From Nostoc sp. (GTDB lineage: Bacteria; Cyanobacteriota; Cyanobacteriia; Cyanobacteriales; Nostocaceae), in assembly GCA_036918135.1 (NCBI GenBank), contig JBALDB010000008.1:32001-96000 (forward strand): a stretch of 64,000 nt of DNA. Direction: 5' to 3'. The notes below the pieces were generated by a model. The model saw nothing but the letters and a program-made list of their open reading frames with translations. It made no database searches and was not told where the DNA came from. Positions within the stretch are counted from its first letter, which is position 1. Each line of letters starts with the position of its first letter. Both the position numbers and the translations under genes were made by a program. Of this stretch, positions 1-8,880 are shown in pieces.

Positions 1-2
1 CT

Positions 3-296
3 TTGAAGTTAATTGCAACTGTTGCAGACAAGATGAGTCAAGAACAGCAATGGCAGCCTCAAATGTTAGAATCACCGCAAGTTTTGGGAATAGATCAATT
101 TGGCGATCGCGGTTTGATTATTCGTGTCTGGATTAAAACGCAGCCCCTAAAGCAATGGGATGTAGCACGGGAGTTTCGCCGCCGTCTGAAAATCGCTTTA
201 GACGAAGCCGGAATTTCTATTTCCGTACCTCAACAAGCGATTTGGGTAAATGACGATCAATTCTTAAATTACCAAGGTAACGGCAAAGGTAATTAG
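3..296 (+). CDS. Mechanosensitive channel MscS family, C-terminal part (runs off window start)
   Basis: PQVLGIDQFGDRGLIIRVWIKTQPLKQWDVAREFRRRLKIALDEAGISI is a typical MscS C-terminal domain. Confidence 0.85.
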   Translation: MKLIATVADKMSQEQQWQPQMLESPQVLGIDQFGDRGLIIRVWIKTQPLKQWDVAREFRRRLKIALDEAGISISVPQQAIWVNDDQFLNYQGNGKGN

Positions 297-559
297 GAAC
301 AGGGAGCAGAGGGACGACAGAGGGGAGAATAAAATAACCCCTCTGTGGGGAGATGAGGAGATAGAGAAGTGTGGGGAGTGTGGGAACAGAGGGCGGAACT
401 TCCTGTGTCAACACTCAAGACTTCCAATGGTCTTTGTCCCATACCCAATACTAAATTAGTACAAATATACTATAATATAGATAGCGTTCACAAAGCCTAG
501 CTATAAAGCATAACGGCTGCGTGAAAACTTTCTGGAAGATGGGTTAAAGGGTTAGTTCG

Positions 560-823
560 ATGATGAAGCATTATATTCTCAACCTCAATCCGACTGCCAA
601 GCATGAATGGGATCGGTGCATATTACGTGACCCACTGACAGCCAAGCGTCCGGACATTGCCAAATTAATTGCCGAAGCCGTTGGTGCAGATACAGGTAGT
701 TATTTGGTGAGTGTAAATATCGAAGTTCAAGTGTTAGAACAAGCTGCGGTACCTCAAGCCGAACAACTCTCGCTTTCATTTCCAGAGGTGAGTGTGCCCT
801 CACAATTGCGAGAAGTGGCTTGA
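560..823 (+). CDS. Small hypothetical protein
   Basis: 87-aa ATG ORF with plausible globular composition. Confidence 0.65.
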   Translation: MMKHYILNLNPTAKHEWDRCILRDPLTAKRPDIAKLIAEAVGADTGSYLVSVNIEVQVLEQAAVPQAEQLSLSFPEVSVPSQLREVA

Positions 824-885
824 GGTACAAAGCAGGTCACAATAGACGCTGTTGGGTTATGTTTGGCTTAACCCAACTTTAATCT

Positions 886-1706
886 AGTGTGGTAAAGTTT
901 ACCTAGAGAAGACGACTTTCTAGATTAGCCAAGTAAGCCTTAAGATCTGTGCGAAATCGATACTGTTCAATTCTGGCTTTGTGGTGTTTTTGCAATTGAG
1001 AGCGTAATTCGAGCCAAGTATAAATATCAACTTGTGCTAAATCAGATGCGGTTAAAGAATGAAGCGAAGTTGCGATGTCTACGACGGGCTACGCCTACGC
1101 ACAGGCAAGTTTGACAGAACCACGAATAACGAGGGATGAGGGGGCAACCTTACGACCGGTACAACGACGTTGATGATGACGTAGCATACCAAAAGCATGT
1201 TCTAAGTCATTATTAGTTCTGGGAAAATCTTCAATTTCGTAACAATGAAAAAGTCCAGACCAGTAGCTATGGGTGGTTTTTATAAAGTTATCGATTGCAG
1301 TGTTCAGCGTACCAGCTTTCTGCTTTTGTTGGGACATTTCTGTTAACAGTTGCTGATAACTTTGTTTGACTCCAGCAGCATCAAGACCTGTTTTATTATT
1401 GAGAATATTACTAGCTTTATCAACCCACTCATATGGAACCATAACAGGTGCTTTCTAAGGATGCAGTTGCAGATAATCCCTTGGCTATCAGGTGTTTTAG
1501 GTTGACTAAGGGTGGTGGTAAAGCACTTTTTTTTCCATCCGTTCTAAGCTTTGCTCTATTAGCGTCAAATTTTCTTGTAACTTTAATCCAGATGCCTCTA
1601 ACGGTGGATGACCATCATTAGTTATAGAACTACGTACTGCCGAGCAATAATCTTCAATAATAGTCGCCATTTCCCGATCTTCATTGGCAGCATTAGAGTA
1701 CTTCAA
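886..1706 (-). pseudogene. Transposase remnant (cyanobacterial ISNCY-like), frameshifted and interrupted
   Basis: GLFHCYEIEDFPRTNNDLEHAFG..RHHQRRCTGRK motif; A-rich slippery site near 1525-1533; a further frameshift near 1445; a 21-nt insertion at 1077-1097 adds a stop, and the frame then continues to about 901 (ESRLL*). Confidence 0.75.
1077..1097. repeat. SDR-type mini-element inserted in a HIP1 site
   Basis: GCGAT|GTCTACGACGGGCTACGCCTA|CGC; removing it restores GCGATCGC and the transposase frame (LACAIAT). Confidence 0.85.
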
Positions 1707-1995
1707 ACGATGTTGCCTCTGGTTTTAGACAATTTCATGCCAAGTTTTTGCACCATTATTTCGCTACAAGGTCAAGATTACACGATTTCCACTCTTCTCT
1801 AGTAAGTTTTTCCACGCTAGGTTGGCATCAAGCGGAGTACCAAGGGTAAAAATGCGATCGCCTACTTTCGCAGAGCCAGCAGCTAAGGTAAGTGTATGCA
1901 AGTTATTTTGATTGTGAATTTTCAGCACTGCTAAAGTCGACAAGGTACTTTTTCGCCATGTTACACCCCGTTTTTGGCTAGTTTACCAATTAGAG

Positions 1996-2694
1996 GTGTT
2001 ACTTAGCTCGCGTTACCTTGGCAGACTACTAGAGGAGATGGGGAATACCATAGTGAGTGTGGGTGATGCAGCTGATGAAGGGGCTTCTCAATGGATGAAG
2101 GCGACTGGTATTGCTATTAACGAGGAGCATTATCGTCAAGTTGCCAGCGCTAAAGATATTGATAGGAGGACTTACACCAGTCGGCAGCACCAGGACTATC
2201 TCAAGCCCGAAGAGGTACTGGAGTGTGAGAAATTCCGCATCCAAGACACCTACGGCATGAGCGTTACTCCTTCTTTGGTTGAGAAAGATGACTCTGGAAA
2301 GTTAATTAAAAAAATTGTCGCATTAGAGGCAATACTGTCAGAACCTGGGGAGGCGTTCGTCGTTCGCGTTAGCGTCTCCGAAGGAGAAGACGTTGCCGAA
2401 GGCATCGCTGATGAACATGGCAGGAAATTTGCGATCCCGCCTACTGTTGTAGTGGAGCAGGATAAATCGGAGCGCTTACGCTTGTCCATCTGTACTGACT
2501 GGAGTAACCATTCTACCGCTTGGTTGATGCGTCATCGGCTGGAATTGAGAGAGATCTTAGTAGAGCTGATGGCTGGGGCAGAGGTGACAGGGAATGAACA
2601 GATGCTTGAAGCTCTGGCGGAGTTCTCGAAACGCAATGCATCTCATAAGCAAGCAATATATTACTCTCTACAATTAAAATGTAACAATTTGTAA
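1996..2694 (+). pseudogene. Fragment of a cyanobacterial plasmid replication protein (CyRepA1-like C-terminal region)
   Basis: VASAKDI..LKPEEVLECEKFRIQDTYGMSVTPSLVEKDDSG resembles the CyRepA1 C-terminal region; no N-terminal primase/helicase part; next to IS debris. Confidence 0.55.
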
Positions 2695-2790
2695 ATAATT
2701 GTCTAAATCTTTCTAAATTCACCTGACAAATTTATAGCAAGTTAAATACAAGAGTTTGAAAGAACATGTCAAATGCGTCACAAAGCCGTT

Positions 2791-2923
2791 CTAGTAGTTC
2801 GACAAGGAAAGTTGGCAATTTATTGGATAAGGGGAAAACAGGCGCATGTTTTTAATCTCTTTCCCTTTAATATGCACCCCTTTCCCCAACCCTCACTCAG
2901 CATTTTAGGTTAACAGACCACTA
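2791..2923. repeat. MITE-like element
   Basis: Imperfect terminal inverted repeats CTAGTAGTTCGACAA ... TTAACAGACCACTAG. Confidence 0.45.
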
Positions 2924-3030
2924 GAATGGCTGGGTGGTGAAGTGGACTTGATTGTATTTGTACAAGACACGATCGGTCTTAGGCTTAATTCCGAGCAATA
3001 ATTTTGGGTTCTTAGGCAAAGCTTTCAATC

Positions 3031-3708
3031 ATGACTAATTCCACCTTTAATCAGACTAGCAGTATGGATACATTAGACAAGCAGCTTTGCCAGCTTGTTA
3101 TAGAAACCTGTCACCATCCACGCTTTAGCCTAGAACGTCAAAAAGGACTCAATGAAATTGTTTGGAGGATTCAACAATCAGGTAAACTCCTGTCACATAT
3201 AGGTGTGCCTGACTATGAAGATGCAATCCAGCAAACCTGGCTGTACTTCTGCCGCAATTTGTGTGAAGCTACAACAGGCGATGCTTACAATCCAGAACAG
3301 GCAAGCGTCATCACCTGGCTCAACGCTTATCTCAAACACAGACTTAAGGACATCCGTATCAAAGCAGCGTCAAACGCGATCGCTACTTACACTCACTTAT
3401 CCGATTTCGATCGATCGCCAGATCCTATAAACAGCATACCCGCGCCACCAGCTGTACCACCTATTCTAGAAGACATTCTGGAATGGGTTGAGCTTGAGGG
3501 CAGTTTACTGCGTAGCATCTACCTGCGCGATCGCCCAGACATTAACTGTCAAGTCTTGATTCAACGCCGCTTACCTCCTGAAACAACTTGGGAGGAATTA
3601 GCTAAAGAATTTGGAGTAGGAATTTCCTCTGTGAGCAAATTCTACCAACGAGAATGCTTTAGGTGTCTGCTAAATTTTGGCAAATCACAGGGCTACCTAG
3701 AATCCTAA
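3031..3708 (+). CDS. Sigma-70/ECF-like regulator (cyanobacterial type found with DUF1822)
   Basis: YEDAIQQTWLYFCRNLC..YNPEQASVITWLNAYLKHRL (region-2-like) and C-terminal HTH TWEELAKEFGVGISSVSKFYQR. Confidence 0.75.
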   Translation: MTNSTFNQTSSMDTLDKQLCQLVIETCHHPRFSLERQKGLNEIVWRIQQSGKLLSHIGVPDYEDAIQQTWLYFCRNLCEATTGDAYNPEQASVITWLNAYLKHRLKDIRIKAASNAIATYTHLSDFDRSPDPINSIPAPPAVPPILEDILEWVELEGSLLRSIYLRDRPDINCQVLIQRRLPPETTWEELAKEFGVGISSVSKFYQRECFRCLLNFGKSQGYLES

Positions 3709-3738
3709 AAATTTATAAATTTAGACTTCACATTCAGT

Positions 3739-4191
3739 ATGTCTAATGAATTAAGGCAAATTATCTCAGCACCCCAGGATCGCCTAACAAGAAAGTTTTA
3801 CCAGGAAGTTCAGGCGCGTGAAGCTTGGTTCTATTATTGTCTGCGGTATCACATAACATCTGTGAACCATCAGTCAGAACTACGCCGAATGCGAGACGAG
3901 CCTAATATTTTGGGTTGGTTTAATCGCAATCGTACTAATAAGACATCTATGGCTTTTTTTTGGCTTCAGATGAATTTGGCAGGTGGATATATGTGTGGCT
4001 TCTTGGGTAGTTTTAGTCAAAACAACCTCTCCTCGTCTTCTTTACCTCCAACTCACTATACACAACAGCCTCATACCCAATATCAAAGCCATCTGTTTTG
4101 TCTAGCCTATGAGAAACCTAGTTTTAAGGTAAAGAGTGCAAATGTTTTCTCTCTATCATGGGTTACATCCTTAAGACTTACACTTTTTTAG
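3739..4191 (+). CDS. Hypothetical protein; the N-terminal ~65 aa look conserved
   Basis: FYQEVQAREAW..YC..Y..HQSELRRMRDEPNILGWF resembles a small cyanobacterial family; the C-terminal half is low-complexity and may be readthrough. Confidence 0.5.
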   Translation: MSNELRQIISAPQDRLTRKFYQEVQAREAWFYYCLRYHITSVNHQSELRRMRDEPNILGWFNRNRTNKTSMAFFWLQMNLAGGYMCGFLGSFSQNNLSSSSLPPTHYTQQPHTQYQSHLFCLAYEKPSFKVKSANVFSLSWVTSLRLTLF

Positions 4192-4221
4192 CTTTTATTC
4201 TCCTTAAACTTATATCCTTCC

Positions 4222-5328
4222 ATGACTTTGACAAACGCTAAAGACATTACAATCTCTATTCCCATTTCTCAGACAGAGCGTCGAACAGCACAGCAATTCG
4301 CCGATGAGCAACCTACACCTAAAAAGGCTACTCAAGTATACATGAATACTTTAGCTGTACTTGTAGTGCGTAAATACTTGGAAATACTCGATATTCCTAC
4401 CGAGTTAGAAGCTAGCTATAGCTGGAATCCTGTTGGGCGACTGTGTTCTGATGTCGCTGACTTGAAAGTAACACAAATCGGCCACCTAGAGTGTCGCCCG
4501 ATTCCAAATTGCGAACGCACCTGTTACATTCCGCCCGATACTTGGTCAGACCGAATTGGTTACGTCCTTGTACTCTTCGATAAGACTTGCTTGGAAGCAA
4601 CAGTCTTGGGTTTTGTACCAACAGTATCGCAGCAACTGCTGACTATCGAACAGTTGCAACCACTTGAAGCATTACTCATCCGCTTGCATCAAAAAGAAAC
4701 TAGATTAGTGCGATTGAGTCAATGGTTTGACAACGTTTTTGAGGCAGGTTGGCAAACATTTGCAGAACTTCTGGACAACAAAAACACCGATCCAGCTTTA
4801 GCATTTCGCACTCTTTCGGTTAGAGGAGTTGACCTAGACGACTCCAAAACCCTTAGACAAATGGTTGAGCAGTTATATGTCAGTCTCAATAGCACCCTTG
4901 AAAACGAGGACTTGACTACAGCTTTAATTCACCTGCTGCATACTACACAGGATCAAGAAGTTCGTTGGACAGCAGCAGAGCTACTGTGGGCCATCGCTCC
5001 TCACCATCCGGCAGCAGGCGTGAGAAGAGTGATGGATTCGGGGATGCAGTTTGCTGGTCACGCTATTGCCCTAATGGTAGCAATTTTGCCTAACAAAGAA
5101 CAGCGAGTAGGAGTTCTCCTGCGGTTGTACCCAATGGGTAGGGAACGTTATCTACCAACAGGTCTGCAACTAACCGGACTAGATGAGTCTGGCAATGTCT
5201 TTTTGGACACACAAGCTAGAAGACGAGATGACTATATTCAGATCAAATTCTCTGCTGAATTTGGGGAACGATTCAGCATCAGAGTATCGCTGGATAATAC
5301 TAGCCTCACAGAAAACTTTATCATTTAG
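4222..5328 (+). CDS. DUF1822 family protein
   Basis: AQQFADEQPTPKKATQVYMNTLAV, VADL..GHLECRP, DRIGYVLV, LSQWFDNVFEAGWQ, C-terminal YIQIKFSAEFGERFSIRV. Confidence 0.9.
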   Translation: MTLTNAKDITISIPISQTERRTAQQFADEQPTPKKATQVYMNTLAVLVVRKYLEILDIPTELEASYSWNPVGRLCSDVADLKVTQIGHLECRPIPNCERTCYIPPDTWSDRIGYVLVLFDKTCLEATVLGFVPTVSQQLLTIEQLQPLEALLIRLHQKETRLVRLSQWFDNVFEAGWQTFAELLDNKNTDPALAFRTLSVRGVDLDDSKTLRQMVEQLYVSLNSTLENEDLTTALIHLLHTTQDQEVRWTAAELLWAIAPHHPAAGVRRVMDSGMQFAGHAIALMVAILPNKEQRVGVLLRLYPMGRERYLPTGLQLTGLDESGNVFLDTQARRRDDYIQIKFSAEFGERFSIRVSLDNTSLTENFII

Positions 5329-5353
5329 TTTGGAATTAAGCCAAGGACTGATT

Positions 5354-7813
5354 GTGGGTAAGCTAGTTGTTTTCAAAATTGGTGAGGGTAATTTTGAGCA
5401 GGGTTTTCCAGTCATACTTCAGATTGGAGAAGAGGGTCAACAGAGTATCACAGAAATTGCAGGCAGGTTCCCCCCAGCCCCCGAAATTCCCGATCTTTAT
5501 CACCGCTGGCAAACTGCTTACTATAGTTTGGGAGGAATGCGAATAGAGGTTCCCCCGCAAATCACGAACGTTTCCAGTGTGGACGAGTGTGAGTATGCGG
5601 CTTGTACACTTCAAGCTAGATTTCACGAATGGCTCAACCAAACACCTATTCGAGATTTGCGAGAACAAGTGCAGGAAGAAGTCAGACAAGATCAGCCGAC
5701 GCGGGTTATCCTGCAAACTCAAGATATGCTACTTGCCAAGCTGCCTTGGCATTTGTGGAATTTATTTGAGCGCCGCCCCAAGGCAGAAATGGCCCTCAGT
5801 GCTAAGTACGCCCTACCAGCTCAACCTCTAAGAAATCCGGTGAGAATCTTGGCAATCTTAGGCAGTGGTTCAGGCATTGATGTTCAGCAAGACCGAGAGC
5901 TACTAGAGCGGTTACCAAGAGCAAAAGTTACTCTGCTCTCAAAACCCCGACGACAAGAACTTTCAGACCAACTGTGGAACCAACCTTGGGATATTCTCTT
6001 TTTTGCAGGTCACAGTAGAACCAGAGAGGGGGGCGGACAAATTCAGATCAACGACACCGAGAATCTACCGCTTGACGAGGTGCGATATGCCTTAAAATGT
6101 GCCGTGCGAAATGGCTTGAAGCTAGCAATTTTCAACTCTTGTGATGGGCTAGGATTAGCACGCTCTTTGACAGATTTACAAATTCCCCAAGTAATTGTGA
6201 TGCGGGAGCCTGTACCCGATGCGGTGGCGCAGGTATTTTTGCGGTACTTCCTGAAGACGTTTTCCCAAGGTGAATCGTTTTACCTGTCGGTGCGAAAAGC
6301 ACGCGAACAGTTGCAGGGGATAGAAGGAGAATTTCTGTGTGCATCTTGGTTGCCGGTGATTTATCAAAATCCCGCCGAAAAGGATACGAATTTCCGCTGG
6401 CCCAAGTCATATAAAATACCTCTACTCCTATTGCTGCTTACAGGTTTAGGAATTGCCGCTTGCTTGGCGATCGCATGGCTGTTCCTCAAACCAGACCGCA
6501 CTAGCTTAGGAGAGCAGATTCTAGTAGATGGAGTTACAAATGCCGATAAGGAAGCAGGAGTTAAAGAATTTCGTGCCCATAATTTTGTAACTGCGAAGAA
6601 TAATTTTCAGAAGTCACTACAACAAAATCACAACGACCCAGAAGCGTTGATTTACTGGAATAATGCCAAAGTTGGTAATGGCAGTGCGCTAAAAATTGCT
6701 GTCAGTGTTCCGATTGGCAGTAATCCCAACGTGGCAGAGGAAATTTTACGGGGAGTGGCTCAGGCGCAGGATGAGGTAAATCGCAACGGTGGCATCAAAG
6801 GCAAGCCGTTGCTCTTGGAGATTGCTAACGATCAAAATAGTCCTGAAGTAAGCATGGGACTTGCACATGAGTTTGTCGAGGACAGTCAGATTCTAGCAGT
6901 GATTGGACATAACGCCAGTGATGTTTCCGTTGCTAGTGCTAAAGAGTACCAGGGAAAGTTGGTGATGATCTCGCCAACCAGTTTTGCCAAGAGTTTGACA
7001 GAAATTGGCGATCAAAAAAGTGACAACTATATATTTCGTACAGTTCCCGACATTCGCCTTATGGCAGATACCCTCTCTAATTACGCCATCAAGAAGGCGC
7101 ACAAAAAACGAATTGCCATGTGTTCCGATTTCAAAGCGGTAGACAATAAGTCATTCAGAACTGAGTTCACCTTCTCCATTGAACAGAATGGTGGCACGTT
7201 CATCCCTATCCCCTGTGATTTTTCGGCTCCTGATTTCAACGCAGATGCAGTGATAGCTCAAATCAACAAAGAAAATGTAGATGGCTTACTACTTGCCCCC
7301 CATGTTGACAAAATTGACCTTGCCCTAGCAGTGGCACATGCTAATAAAAGGCAACTAACCTTATTTGCTAGTCCCACCTTTTACACAGCCGAAACGCTCT
7401 TATCTGGGAAAGCAGATGTTAACGGTATGGTACTGGCAGTGCCTTGGCATATCTCGTCATCCTGTAGCGATCGCTTTACTAAGGATGCCACAAGACTCTG
7501 GGGTGGAGGAACGACTACTGTGACTTGGCGCACTGCTACAGCTTACGATGCCACACTCGTGATTGTTGATGGGTTAAAAAAGAGTGATGGCACACGAACA
7601 GGATTGCAAAAAGTTTTGTACAGATATTGGTTTGAGATGAGTGGGGCAACGGGAAAGGTGCGATTTTTACCATCGGGCGATCGTAGTGGCGGTACATCCC
7701 TAATAGTTCAGGTTCAACCTCAAAATCAATCGCCCACAGGCTACGATTTTGTCTTCCTGCATCAAAATAACTTGGGTAAGTTTACTTCTTGTATGGGTGT
7801 ATCTAGTCACTAA
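5354..7813 (+). CDS. CHAT protease domain - TM - periplasmic branched-chain amino-acid-binding-type domain
   Basis: Likely GTG start at 5354; FFAGHS and FNSCDG His/Cys dyad; TM IPLLLLLLTGLGIAACLAIAWLF; LivJ-like domain (RGVAQAQDEVN, AVIGHNAS, TAYDAT). Confidence 0.9.
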   Translation: MGKLVVFKIGEGNFEQGFPVILQIGEEGQQSITEIAGRFPPAPEIPDLYHRWQTAYYSLGGMRIEVPPQITNVSSVDECEYAACTLQARFHEWLNQTPIRDLREQVQEEVRQDQPTRVILQTQDMLLAKLPWHLWNLFERRPKAEMALSAKYALPAQPLRNPVRILAILGSGSGIDVQQDRELLERLPRAKVTLLSKPRRQELSDQLWNQPWDILFFAGHSRTREGGGQIQINDTENLPLDEVRYALKCAVRNGLKLAIFNSCDGLGLARSLTDLQIPQVIVMREPVPDAVAQVFLRYFLKTFSQGESFYLSVRKAREQLQGIEGEFLCASWLPVIYQNPAEKDTNFRWPKSYKIPLLLLLLTGLGIAACLAIAWLFLKPDRTSLGEQILVDGVTNADKEAGVKEFRAHNFVTAKNNFQKSLQQNHNDPEALIYWNNAKVGNGSALKIAVSVPIGSNPNVAEEILRGVAQAQDEVNRNGGIKGKPLLLEIANDQNSPEVSMGLAHEFVEDSQILAVIGHNASDVSVASAKEYQGKLVMISPTSFAKSLTEIGDQKSDNYIFRTVPDIRLMADTLSNYAIKKAHKKRIAMCSDFKAVDNKSFRTEFTFSIEQNGGTFIPIPCDFSAPDFNADAVIAQINKENVDGLLLAPHVDKIDLALAVAHANKRQLTLFASPTFYTAETLLSGKADVNGMVLAVPWHISSSCSDRFTKDATRLWGGGTTTVTWRTATAYDATLVIVDGLKKSDGTRTGLQKVLYRYWFEMSGATGKVRFLPSGDRSGGTSLIVQVQPQNQSPTGYDFVFLHQNNLGKFTSCMGVSSH

Positions 7814-7922
7814 ATGCCAACAAAAGTATACCGCAACTATTTAGTATCCAAAGTCCAATAAAGCCACCCAAATTTCGACAAGACTAATTGAGAAACGTTT
7901 TTTTATTTTATAGAGATGAAAA

Positions 7923-8249
7923 ATGATAAATCAATTATTCAAGCTAATTATTAAATTATTAATAGCAATAGTAGGTGTCCAAATTTTTTTATTAGAACTA
8001 AAGCTACTCCAAGCCTTAATATCTCCTTGGTTAGTTTTATGGTTAATAAGTCCTGATAGAGTAGCATTTACTACGATTTTACCAATTGTAGGTGCAGTTG
8101 AAATTGCCTTGGTATGGCTATTAGTACTTTTCAATGATATCTCTGTTCGTCGAGGTATAATTATTAGTTTAGTCTTACTTATATTTGGAGGAATAAATTT
8201 TTTAATAATATATTATTTAACTTTTAATATTCATTTAACTCCAAAATAG
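7923..8249 (+). CDS. Hypothetical membrane protein (AT-rich)
   Basis: 108 aa with about three hydrophobic segments; GAGA-like RBS upstream. Confidence 0.45.
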   Translation: MINQLFKLIIKLLIAIVGVQIFLLELKLLQALISPWLVLWLISPDRVAFTTILPIVGAVEIALVWLLVLFNDISVRRGIIISLVLLIFGGINFLIIYYLTFNIHLTPK

Positions 8250-8497
8250 GAGCAATGCTTTGACAAGTGAGATAGTAAAGCTAGGGAGGGAAAGCTAGGG
8301 AAACACATACAAGAAATTTGCTCCATTTTGAATTCAATTGACAAGCTGTATCCGATACGAACCCAACTCAATATTCTCTAGGATTATAGGTCAATGCTGT
8401 TAAACTCCTTGCGCGATTGTGCCCAAAGAAGCTTCCAAATAACTTTCGCTGGGCAATCATAAATATCTCAAATTGTCAGCAGGAAAAGCTGTTTATT

Positions 8498-8801
8498 GGA
8501 CGCAAACAGTGGAAAAAAGAAAGTGGTTATCATCGACGATATGTGTCCGAAACTGCTATATTTCGACTCAAAACTATCTTTGAGGGTCACTGACGGCAAC
8601 GAGATTTTGACCCTTCGACTGCGCCCTTCTCTTTCAGAGATGCCGAAGCTTTGATACTCAAGCCGCCCTTGTTATTCTTGCAATGTGCAGCCCTCAATCG
8701 CACGATCCAGTTACGCAAACCAGATAGTTATAGAGTGGAAAATTAATTACCAACTCTACCATTCGTTAGTATGTCTTTTTTCTGTTTCATGCAATAAAGT
8801 C
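8498..8801 (+). mobile_element. IS5-family (IS903-group-like) right-end remnant
   Basis: Hand translation GRKQWKKESGYHRRYVSETAIFRLKTIF..AALNR..KPDSYRVE*, with a stop and an insertion; terminal TTCATGCAATAAAGTC at 8786-8801 resembles the IS903 IR. Confidence 0.7.
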
Positions 8802-8880
8802 ATAATGAATGGCTCTACCCTAATCTTTGTCAATAACTAAGGATTAATCAGATCGTTTTGGAATCTATTGAGAAGATATC

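Noticed and set aside
1905..2000. Possible IS630 left end (MAKKYLVD on the minus strand)
   Set aside because: Too short to call confidently
5183..5353. N-terminal extension of the CHAT ORF
   Set aside because: Overlaps DUF1822; GTG at 5354 gives the typical (M)GKLVV start
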